NCBI RefSeq assembly: GCF_009914755.1 | Contig: NC_060946.1 | DNA: 64,000 nucleotides | Source: the human T2T-CHM13v2.0 reference genome, Homo sapiens | Reading direction: 5' to 3' (one strand) | Shown: piece by piece, positions 39,325 to 55,245 of the stretch | Layout: each line of letters starts with the position of its first letter | Numbering within the stretch: the first letter of the stretch is position 1 | Program-made: the position numbers and the translations under genes | Notes under the pieces: generated by a model | What the model saw: only the letters and a program-made list of their open reading frames with translations | Told to the model about the DNA's origin: nothing | Databases searched by the model: none

Positions 39325-41613
39325 ACCATTTGAATTTTTAACGACCTGATGAGGGCATCAGGTAAATTAAAGGATTTTGGGAAGATTCTTATTTTCAATT
39401 CTAATATCTGACAGATGCCATCAAGAATAAGCATTAAGGTATAAAAAATACTGTGTGTATAAAACAATGCCAAACCACATTCCTACAGCAAATGCACTGT
39501 GCCATTTATAACCCTGACATCACCTCCCAAGGCTCTCAAGGAAGATTTATTTTAAATAACTTAAATAGAAGTCCTAGATGATATTGTTTAGGAATTTAAG
39601 AGGGTGGTGGATATGGTCCTGTGAATAGCACTTCCCCTGAAGCCAGCTCATGGTCTGTTCATTTGGTTTAAAAATGAGCTTGTATTTTGCAGAAGCCCAA
39701 CAAAAAAAAAGTGATAAAAGTGTTGTTGGTATAAATTACAAAAAAAAAAAAAAAAATACAAAAGTCATAAGACTACTAGTAAAAAATGTTCAATCAATGC
39801 CGTCACAAAAGACAGTACAAAAACCAAAGTGCCCAAATAGAAGGAGCAGCGAACTTGCCCAAAACAGAAAAGCTCTAAATAGAACTTTAGTATATACAAA
39901 AACCACTCGGTAGAGTTTTAGAAGTTTCTTCCATGTAAGTGAAGCATCTTGAGTCACTCAGGACTTGGCTGTCCTCGCACCCGTGGCAGGCTGGGGACGG
40001 CACGGACCTCCAACTGTTTCCCCTAGTCCCCGGGGCATCGGAGGCTGGGTTCCCACATGGGAGAGGAATGAAGACTCACTCAAAGGGAAGGGTCAGTTTA
40101 AGATAAGTTTTCAGTGAACTCCTTCTTCCACCCGGGAAGGTGTCTTTCAGCCTCTTCACAGTCTCAAGACAATTGACTGAAGCCACAGGCATTGCTAACT
40201 TCATGGGCCAGCTTGTGGGCGGAGCCTCTTCAGGCTTGAGACCATGGCAGCAAGAGCCCTGCAGCGTGCAGTGACCCCTGCGCTCTGGGTGGCTGCACGC
40301 GAGCTCAGGAGGACAGGATGTGCTGGGCCAGCCTAAACCCTCGGGGGAGACTAGCGCAGGGATAAAGCAGCTTGCAGGGCCATAGCCGGATGTGGAGGCT
40401 TCCAAGACAGTACAAAGATTTCCTTCCTTTCCTAAGTGGAAGATGTGCTTTAAAGGAACTTCTGCCTCTGTCACTCCTGCTGAGTGGATGCATCTCAGTG
40501 CCATGCCCACCAGGGCAGCGGCATTTCCCACCTGCCAAGGCTTCCAGGCTTGGGCAAAGAGATGGCACCCAAAGGCATGCTGTGTGTGGGCAGTGAGCTC
40601 GAGTGGGCACAGCCCAGTGCCTGCCTGGACCGCAGGTCTGGGTTTAGGAAGGGCTGAAGTCGGGGGAGGTGTGAAGCTGGGCAGGTGGCCACGTTCTTAT
40701 TGTCAGCCAGCTCGCACTCTTGCCCCTAGACTAGCCTTGTCTGAAGGCAGCTTCAGAGCCACTTGCCAGGCTGAGAACTATCCGGGCTCAGTGCTCTCCT
40801 ATCTGCTGCCCCTCGGTCCCCCTGCCTGCCCTCTGCCCTGAGACAAGTTACTAAATGTTGAAAACCAAACTTATCTGGGAGTGGTTTTTGACCTCCATCC
40901 TCTGCAAAGTGGCCTAAACCCTTATGGGGTGCCCACTCCTGGTGGAGGGCAGGTGGATGAGTGGATCGTAATTTATAATAAAATATATGGCAGAAACACA
41001 GGCCTTAGGAGATTGCACAGGCCCCTCTATCAGTTCAAGTGACATGGGACAGCACCACGCAGGGACGGGCGACACTTCTAGCAGGCCAGGCGTCTTCATG
41101 CACAAAGGCTAAACTTGTTGCTTTAACCTTTTCTGAACAAATTTTAAACATTCTGGCAAATGTCAAGTTTTGAAGTTTTTCCTGTGGGTTCTGGCCTCTT
41201 TCATATGCAAAAATAATTCTTTTTCTTCAAGTACATCCAGGGTAGAAAATGAAATCTGACTTTTCCTCGGTCCAGTGTGTTACTCTATAGACATGGACCA
41301 GCCACTCAGCAACTGCCTGACACCTAAGCTGCTGTCACTGCTGAGGGCACAACCCCTGGTACCAGACCCTGTGAGGCTGTCACCTCAGTAAGGGCACCTC
41401 TGCGGGCCCCGGGACAGCCTTCTCTAAGGGCTAGCTCACCTGCTTTCTAGATAAGGAATCTACTGGCTTAAATAAACATGTTCCACTAGACACCATTCTC
41501 AATTTAGAGTGTATCTAAAATGTCATCTGTGCTGGCCTCTGTTTTTGAACAAGCTAAAAACCAAAAATGCCCTTAGTGTATAAGTCTGTTGACTGCCTCT
41601 GGAAGATTCTTAA

Positions 41614-42079
<466 letters not shown>

Positions 42080-42609
42080 TGAGTAGCTAAGATTACAGGC
42101 ACTCGCCACCATGCCCGGCTAATTTTCGTATTTTTAGTAGAGATGGGGTTTCACCATGTTGGCCAGGCTGATCTAGAACTCCTGACCTCAGGTGATCCAC
42201 CCATCTTGGCCTCCCAAAGTGCTGGGATTACAGGCGTGAGCCACCGCACCCGGCCCCAGTTTGGTTTTCAACTGAACCTTAAAAAAGCAGAGCCCAACTA
42301 TATTGAAGACAAAGGTGAAAGGAAGATATTAACTAGGCAGGTAAGTCATCAGTTGGTTAATTCTTTCTCTAGAACTTGAGAAGTTAGAAAAAGCTCATTG
42401 AAAATTTTCAGAAACAACTGTGTACACGAAGAGGACAGATCCGAGGGACACCTTACCCACAGAGATGGCCGAGAGTGTCAAGAGCTATGCGCAGCTAGCC
42501 TTTGAGGTCAGAGGGCAAGAAAGGCTGTCACCAGATGCTCCTACGTTTCCATTACATTCACAGTTTCTTTCACAAAACAGCATTCAAAGGAGAAGGGAAA
42601 GTTCGCACA

Positions 42610-42699
42610 TTACTCCCAGCCATTGTCTTTGATCATATGAGCAAGCTCAATGATGAATTTTCCTTCCTTATATTTCTGACTGCTCTCAAAGGCATGCTC
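42610..42699 (-). CDS. YPEL1: YPEL1 last coding exon ([29 protein letters not shown])
   Basis: cttctttttcaag|GAG; 90 nt; Yippee C-terminal QKYKEGK motif; TAA. Confidence 0.95.
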   Translation of the reverse strand, partial: EHAFESSQKYKEGKFIIELAHMIKDNGWE

Positions 42700-42914
42700 C
42701 TTGAAAAAGAAGAGACAAAGGTTTCAGGACAGAAGGTTTCACTTTTCAATTTCATCACTCTTTTGGCAAAAAACCCCCCCAAGTCTATACTATGAACTAT
42801 ATACCCAGATGTTCCCTGAGCGGTGCACTCATCCGGCGCTGGGAGGGTCTGTTCCAGGTGAGTCCATTGAGGCAGTGTAGGTTTACTTTGCATTTGTTGT
42901 TAAAGGTTTTTCAT

Positions 42915-42944
42915 GTGCTCGCTTCGGCAGCGCATATACTAAAA
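42915..42944 (+). pseudogene. 3'-truncated (tailless) U6 snRNA retrocopy, U6 nt 1-30
   Basis: GTGCTCGCTTCGGCAGCGCATATACTAAAA equals the U6 5' end with one A>G change (42932). Flanked by direct repeat AAAGGTTTTTCAT at 42902-42914 and 42942-42954. Confidence 0.92.
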
Positions 42945-44850
42945 GGTTTTTCATTTGTTTGTTTGTTTTGAGATAAGGTCTCACTCTGTCACTCAGGCTG
43001 GAATGCAATGGTCTGGTCATAGCTCACTGCAGCCTTGACCTCCAGGACTCAAGTGATCCTTCCACCTCAGGCTCCCAAAGTGCTGGGATTACTTGTAGGA
43101 CAGTGTGAATGCAGATCTGTTTACTGAACATTTACTACATGTGGGACAATTTAAGAGGCTTGAAGAGATGCAAAAGACTACACTCCAGGAATTCCGTGCA
43201 TAACTAGCGTGAAGGCAAATACAGGGAGAGTGACATAAACAGGTCAAAGACATCTGGAGGCTGGGCGCAGTGGTGCACACCTGTCATTCCAGCACTTTGG
43301 GAGGCCAAGGAAGGAGGATGACTTGAGTCCAGGAGTTTGAGACAAGCCTACGCAACACAGTGATTTTCTTCTACAAAAATCAAAAACTTAGCTGGGTGTG
43401 GTGTGCCTGTAGTCCCAGGTACTTGGGAGGTTGAGGTGGGAGGACTGCTTCAGCCCAGAAGGTCAAAGCTGCAATGAGCTGAGATCGACCAAGACCCTGT
43501 CTCAAAAAACAACAACAAAAAACAGGATATCTGGAGAAGGTCCTTCATGGGGAGGAGTTAACATCTCTCCCACAGACACATCCTCATCATTTTGTTTTGC
43601 TGAGTGTGTGGCCTGGTGCTAGGGACACAGATGACCAAGATGGATCCTGCCTACCCAAGCGGCAGCCCCAGGTGTGGCAGACACAGGAAGGACTGTGCCA
43701 GCAGGAAGCGGGTGCAGCCATAGAGGGGAATGCAGTGTGGTGGCCATGCAGGGAAGGCACGGGTTTCTGGAAGTGGGGCCCACAGATGGGTATGGGGCTG
43801 ACTGACCAGGGGAAGGGCTAGGGATGCGTGCTAGTCTTGTGGAGCCCGTTTCCATGGTGTGAACTGTGGCCTTCCAAAACTCATGAGGAATCTGGGAGAC
43901 CAGAGATGATCAGGAATTCAGGAAAGAGGCAGAGCAGGTGGCCTGGACCCGAAGAACACCAGAGCCAGAATGGGAAAGCCTCCTTCAACAAAGGCAGGCA
44001 GGCCGGGCGCGGTGGCTCACGCCTGTAATCCCAGCACTTTGGGAGGCTGAGGTGGGTGGATCACTTGAGGTCAGGAGTTTGAGACCATCTCAAAAAACAA
44101 ACAAAAAAACAACAACAACAACTGGGGAAGGCATGGGAGCATCCAACAGAAGGCAGATGGCCAGGGGGTCAAAACCATGGAATCTCAGGTGGCCTGGGGG
44201 AGGGGAGGACTCGGCCACGAAGGTCAGAGAGAGTGGAGCCTGGAAGAGAGACTTCAGGGCAGCGTAGAGGAGGGAAGCGGGGCAGGAAGGTGCAGGGCCT
44301 GAGGAGGCCAGATCAGCCATGTGGTGGAGAGAGAAGGGAGCTAGAGGTGAAGGCTGGAGAGGAGGTGGCGATTGCAACCTTCAATTCAAGGTCCCTGAGA
44401 AAGAGGGATTTGGGGTAAAGAGCTCATGGGGCAGCTCTCTGTCTCTGACTCCAGCAGGTCTGGCGCTGAGGTCTTCTAGACTTGTCCCTGACAGTGGGCA
44501 CAGCCTCCCGCAGCCCCCTGCAGCCTCCTCGGCCTCCTCCCACACCAGGCTCTGCTCAGCGGGCCGAGGGCGGGCTGGGTGCAGAGAGCCTGGCTTAGGA
44601 AGAAACAGGGCTTGAAAACATGGTGTTTTTGTTTTTTGTTTTGGGTTGGGGTATCACTGTCACCCAGGCTGGAGGGCAGTGGTGAGACCATGCCTCACTG
44701 GAGTCTGGACTTCCCACCTCGGCTGAGGAACTGGGGTTTCTGAAAGTGCTGTGACTGGTACCATGGGCCACACTGCACGGGGAGGTGTGGCTCAGTGGCA
44801 ACTTAGTGCCACATCCCCTTGTGGCACGAGCATCCCCTTGTGGCACTCAC

Positions 44851-44959
44851 GTATTTCCACCCGAGCGTGGTCTTGCAGTTCTCGCAGTAGATGTCGGCAA
44901 CCGCATGCAGCCCGGTGAGAAGGACCCTCTCCTCTGCAGGGCCGCAGCCCACGTTCACC
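44851..44959 (-). CDS. YPEL1: YPEL1 coding exon 3 ([36 protein letters not shown])
   Basis: ccccgcag| ... TAC|gtgagt; 109 nt; second CxxC of the Yippee zinc site. Confidence 0.96.
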
Positions 44960-45319
44960 CTGCGGGGACAGAGGGGCCACTGCGCTGCAGGCCCGGCCCG
45001 CCCCTGACCAGGCCCTGCCCCCTCAGCGGGCCCCACCCCATCCTCCTAAGAGTTCCCCCAAAACAGGGAAACTCCCAGAGAGCAGTGCCGTGCCTCTCCC
45101 CCAGCCCTGCCCGCCACCACCATCAATGGGAAAGATCAGTGATGGGACAGGCTAGGGGGCAAGATCCTTAGCGCGTTTCAGAAACTCCCGGCGGGGGGAT
45201 GGTGGGTTCTTTCAGGACCCCTAAAGACCCAGGTGATTCTACACAGGGCACTGTGTAGGTGCCATCCAGGCCGTCCCAGGGCCCGTGCCACTCCCCCCGG
45301 GCTGAACCAGGGTACTCAC

Positions 45320-45363
45320 ACGGAATTGAAGAGGTAGGCGCGTCCCTGGCTCCCCTGAAAGGA
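45320..45363 (-). CDS. YPEL1: YPEL1 coding exon 2 (SFQGSQGRAYLFNSV)
   Basis: ttctttcag| ... GT|gtgagt; 44 nt; GRAYLF motif. Confidence 0.96.
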
Positions 45364-45842
45364 CTGAAAGAAGAAGGTCCCGTGAGATTGGCTGCGAGTG
45401 CTTTCTGGAACGAAGCGGTGCTGCCCAGAACCAGGGGAGTCCAGCCCCGCGGCTGTTAGCTGCGCCGGGACGCGTCACCGGGAGCAGACACCGGCGTCCC
45501 CCCTCCAGAACTCCACTTCTAATAACAGCCACTTAACGGAGCTGCAAGCTGTTTTTCATTGTAGACAGGAGTGGCTGATTCTGCTGCGTCAACATTCTGC
45601 AAGTGACTATTATTGGGAATCATGGCAAGATCAGTTTTTAAATGGTGAGCTTCATATGTCTGGACAACTTTACCTTAGAGGAGTTCTGAGAGGGGATCAC
45701 GAATGATTTTCTCTACCCGAAAACCCACAGATCCTCAAAATGCTCTCCTCGCCGCCTCTTCTGCAGCAGTTCAGATGTGCTCACGCTGCCAGATATTAGG
45801 GGGTAGGGGGAGGTGTCCATATTTTCCCACTGAAATGTTTTA

Positions 45843-50460
<4,618 letters not shown>

Positions 50461-50966
50461 AATTTTTAAAACAGCTCATTGATGACCTCCAGGCTGTTCA
50501 ACAGAAGCATCTCAAATTCCTTTTGACCATGTAGCAAGGAAACACACCTGGCATGCTTCCGAAACAAAACCATGCATGGGGCCGGACATTGACCACCTCT
50601 CAGTGCTCAGGTCACCTGCTTAGGTCATGGCCAACACACAGGTGTCACGGGGCTCCACAAGGCCACAAGCTTCACTGCCCCTACCCAGGGGCCCAGAGCA
50701 GCTCCGCCTCTCATTACCTCATGTCATTTTACACACTAAGCCTACCTCAGAAAACACCGAGGAAATGGGGTGCCTGGCTCCTTCCACTTCTCACCTCACA
50801 CTTCCCAGTGCACACAGGAGCCCCAGAGGCAATGAGAGAGCAGAAACTCTGCCTCGTTCAACAGTTTCTATCTCAGATGATGAACAGAAATGAGGAGCCT
50901 CTCACTATTACCTACTGAAAATACAAGCAGGTAAATGTTCTTCTCTTGAGTTAAACAGGAAACCTA

Positions 50967-51122
<156 letters not shown>

Positions 51123-51187
51123 CTATTTAAAAAAAGAAGAAAAGATTTCTGAAAGGCACAACTTCCTGACAAACTTTGTTCCCAAAG

Positions 51188-51458
51188 TGGTCGTGACCTG
51201 TGAAGATGGGGAGACGTCATGACCTGAGGATGGGGGGAGGTCATGGCCTGTGAGGATGGGGGGAGGTCATGACCTATAAGGATGAGTGGAGGTAATGATC
51301 CGTGAGGATGGGTGCAAGTCATGAATTGAGCATGGGGGAGGTCATGACCTGTGAGGATGTGGGAGGTCATGACCTGAGGATCGGTGGTCATGACGTATGA
51401 GGATGCGGGGAGTTCATGACCTGAGGCTGGGGGGATGTCATGACCTGAGGATGGGTGG
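51188..51458. repeat. Minisatellite of 11 units (about 21-26 bp), consensus AGGTCATGACCT(GT)GAGGATGGGGG
   Basis: Directly visible; perfect palindromes at 51264, 51339 and 51364. Confidence 0.92.
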
Positions 51459-52110
51459 AGAACACTGTCATTCCGACTGAGCATCAGCTCCTCCATGATG
51501 TTTGGCCTGTTTAAATGTTCACAACTGGTTGATGATCAACACCACACACTGCTAATGAGGAGCTCAGCACAGTAAGGAGGGGCCAGGGGATCTTGTTTAC
51601 ATCTTCAAGGCTGCTCATGGGTTCTATGCACAGAGACCAGCCAGAGCTTCACCCAGGGCTCCTACACACCCGACAAACGCAGCCACACCCTCTGGGGCAT
51701 TTTTCTGAGCAACCCCTTTCCTTCTTAACCATGCTGAGTTTTTAAAATGTCTTAATACCCTTATTATTAAACCATTTCCACAGATTTTTCTAGACTTCTT
51801 TTGCTCATTCAGTCCTCTCTGGCTTTCTGCTGTGAGTAACAAGTGATTCACCTTGCCCCTCGTAATCCCTGGGAGTGCCAGCTGCCTGGCCCTGGAAAAC
51901 CGCCCACCATGCCAGGATCACATCTGAGATCGTGGCACAGCCACACTTAACCATGCACAAAACGCTCACCAATGCTGCCTAGAAGGCTCTAGACGTTCAG
52001 GACACAGCAGACTCAGGAAGTCATGTGATGCTTAAATATTCTTCCACTATGTAGGTACCACAATGACAGATAATCATTGTGCCATCAATTTTTTGGCATA
52101 AGCCACTTGC

Positions 52111-52227
52111 CTTGGAGATGAGCTCGTCATGATTGGCCAGGTGTGCTCTGCAGTGGATACAGCTGTACGTTCGGTGACAGTTCGGCAGATACGCTTGGAA
52201 AGTTTTGGACTTTGTCATTTTCACCAT
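52111..52227 (-). CDS. YPEL1: YPEL1 first coding exon ([39 protein letters not shown]); exon begins at 52391
   Basis: Within ORF 52021..52410; first CxxC; donor AAG|GCAAGT; acceptor ttggcag| at 52392. Four exons sum to 360 nt = 119 aa plus stop. Confidence 0.95.
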
Positions 52228-53035
52228 CTCTCCTGGGCACTCCTCACTCAGCTCAGGGCTGGTTCTGGAAGAACCGTGGCTCTGCTGGCCTCTCTGACAA
52301 AAGCAACACTGGAAAATGCACGCAAGAGCCGTCGTTGTCCAGGAGGGCGTGTGGCACTGTCCACACAGCTGGGACGAGAGAAAAACGTAACCTGCCAACC
52401 AATCAGACAAAGTGGTGGGTTACAGAGAGAACATGCGTGTGAAGCAGGTACATATGGGATTCATGTGTTGTGAAGCAACACGCGGGGTGGGGGGGTGGCA
52501 GGACTAGAATTTTTTTTTTTTTTTGAGATGGAGTCTCGCTCTGTTGCCCAGGCTGGAGTGCAGTGGCGCAATCTCAGCTCGCTGCAACCTCCTCCTCCTG
52601 GGTTCAAGCGATTCTCCTACCTCAGCCTCTGAGTAGCTGGGATTACAGGAACACGCCACCAAGCCTGGCCTCCCAAAGTGCTGGGATTACAAGCACCACT
52701 GCGCCTGACCAAGATCCAACTCTTTAGTATCAATTGTAGACAAAATGAACACTGACACCATGCCACTGCTTAACCACTTTACATTTTGTTGGAAGTGAAA
52801 AAATGAACTCCTTTTACATGCAAATAATTTGAGAAAAACATTGATTCAAATTCTTCTTATACCAGGTTTGGCTTTGGAAACATGAAAGGAGAGGCAGAAC
52901 CAAGACGCCCGGTGAGTGGGCCCGGTGGCAGGGCTGGATGCACCCCACCCCGAATCCGGGAATTCACCACGCAGAGCACCAGGACATTGAGGAATGTGAG
53001 TGATGGATCCAGTATTATTTAATCTTTAAGAAATT

Positions 53036-55245
53036 CCAGTCCTGAAATAAACCCTTATGTATGGTCACATGATCTTCAACAGGGTGTCAAGACCATTCAA
53101 TGGGGAAAGGACAGTCTTTCAACAAATGGTGTCACAACTGGATATCCACCTGCAAAAATATAAAGTTGGACTCTTACCTAACACCGTATACAAATTAACT
53201 CAAAATAAAAGACCTAAATGTGAGAGCTAAGACTATAAAACTCTTAGAAGGAAACACAGGGGAAAAGCTTCATGACATTGGATGTGGCAATCATCTCTTG
53301 GATACGATACCAAAAGCATGGGCAGCAAAAGAAAAACAGACACATTAGACTTCGTAAAAATTCAAAACTTCTGGCTCGGTGCAGTGCTCACGCCTGTGGT
53401 CCCAGCACTTTGGGAGGCTGAGGTGGGTGGACCACTTGAGCCCAGGAACTCAAAACCAGCCTGGGCAACAAAGCAATACCTCATCTCAACTAAAAATACA
53501 CAAAATTAGCTGGGTGTGGTCCCTGTGCCTGTGGTCCCAGCTACTTGGGATAGCTGAGGTGGGAGGATGGCTTGAGCCTGGGAAGTTGAGGCTCAAGTGA
53601 GCTGAGATCGTCCAACTGCACTCCAGCCTGAGCAACAGAGTGAAACCCTGTCTCTAAATAAATAAATAAAAACTTTTGTGCTTCAAAGGATACTATCAAC
53701 AGAGGCAACCCAGAGAATGAGGGAAAATATTTTTAAATCATATACCTGATAAGGTGTTAATATCTAGAATACATATATTCTATATTCTCTCTATACATAT
53801 TCTCTATATATCCATATTCTCTATATATCCTAGTTATTGGAATATGTAAAAAAAAAAAAAAAAAAAAAAACAACTACAACTCAGCAAATCAAACAAACAG
53901 GTTAAAAAATGGATAAAGGGCCGGGTATGGGCCCGGCGTGGTGGCTCACGCCTGTAATCCCAGCATTATGGGAGGCCGAAGAAGGTGGATCACTAGGTCA
54001 GGAGATCGAGACCACCCTAGTCAACATGGCGAAACCCCGTCTCTACTAAAAATACAAAAAATTAGCCGGGCGTGGTGGCGGGTGCTTGTAGTCCCAGCTA
54101 CTTGGGAGGCCGAGGCAGCAGAATTGCTTGAACCCAGGAGGCAGCGGTTGCAGTGAGCCGAGACCATATCACTGCACTCCAGCCTGGGCGACAGAGTGAG
54201 ACTACATCTCAAAAAAAAAAAAAAAAGGAAAATGGATAAAGGACCTATGTATCTATATTCTCTATATATTCTAGTTGTTAGAATATGTTAAAAAAAACTC
54301 AGCAAAAAGAAACACAATCTGATTAAAAAATGGACAAAGGACCTATATATCTATATTCTATATAGTTATTAGAATATATTTAAGAAACTCCTACAACTCA
54401 ACAAAACAACCCCAATCTGATTAAAAATGGACAAAGGACTTATATAAACATTTCTCCGAAGAAGATATACAGATGGCCCACAAGCACGTGAAAAGGTGCT
54501 CCATGTCACTGATCCTGAGGGAGGCAGACAAGGACCACGTTGAGACACCACCACACACCCTCTAGGACGGCTACTATCAACGCGCACACACGGAAAATAA
54601 GCGTTGGTGAGGATGTGGAGGAATTGGAGCCTTGTGCATTGAGGGTAAAAATGTAAAATGCTGGAGGCACTATGGGAAACAGTATGGTAATTCCTCAAAA
54701 AACGAAATATAGAATTACCATGGGCTCCAGCAATTCCACTGCTGGGTATAAATCCACGAGAACTGAAAACAGGGTCTCAAAGCCATGTCTGCACACCCAT
54801 GCTCACAGCGACATTATCCACAACAGCCACGAGGGGGAAGCAACAGTGTGTCCCTCCACAAATGGGCATTCTCATGATCAAAATGTGGCGTCTGCATACA
54901 GTGGAATGTTATCCAGCCTTTAACAGGAGGGGGCTCCTGTCACAGCTACAGCATGGAGGAACCCTGAGGACACTATGCTCAGTGAAGTAAGCCAGTCACA
55001 AAGGACAAATATTGTATGAGGTACTTAGAGTAGTGGGACTCAGAGACAGAAAGAGCTGCCAGGGGCAGGGGAGTCCCCGCTTCATGGGTGCAGTGTTTCA
55101 GTTTTGCAACATGAAGAATTCTGGAGGTTGGAGGGTGGCGATGGCTGTACAAAAATGTGAATATATTTAATGTCACTGAACTGTACACTTAGAAATGGTT
55201 AAGATGGTAAGAGTTATGTGTACTGACTACAATTATTTTAAAGAA
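53036..55245 (+). mobile_element. L1 3' portion (ORF2 end plus 3' UTR, L1MB-like), split by two Alus
   Basis: aagaccattcaatggggaaaggacagtctttcaacaaatgg; gaactgtacacttagaaatggttaagatggtaa. Confidence 0.8.

Noticed and set aside
39730-39765. A16 run that could look like a transcript end or retrocopy tail
   Set aside because: No TSD or element body; it is a U-rich tract of the YPEL1 UTR and a likely oligo-dT internal-priming artefact site.
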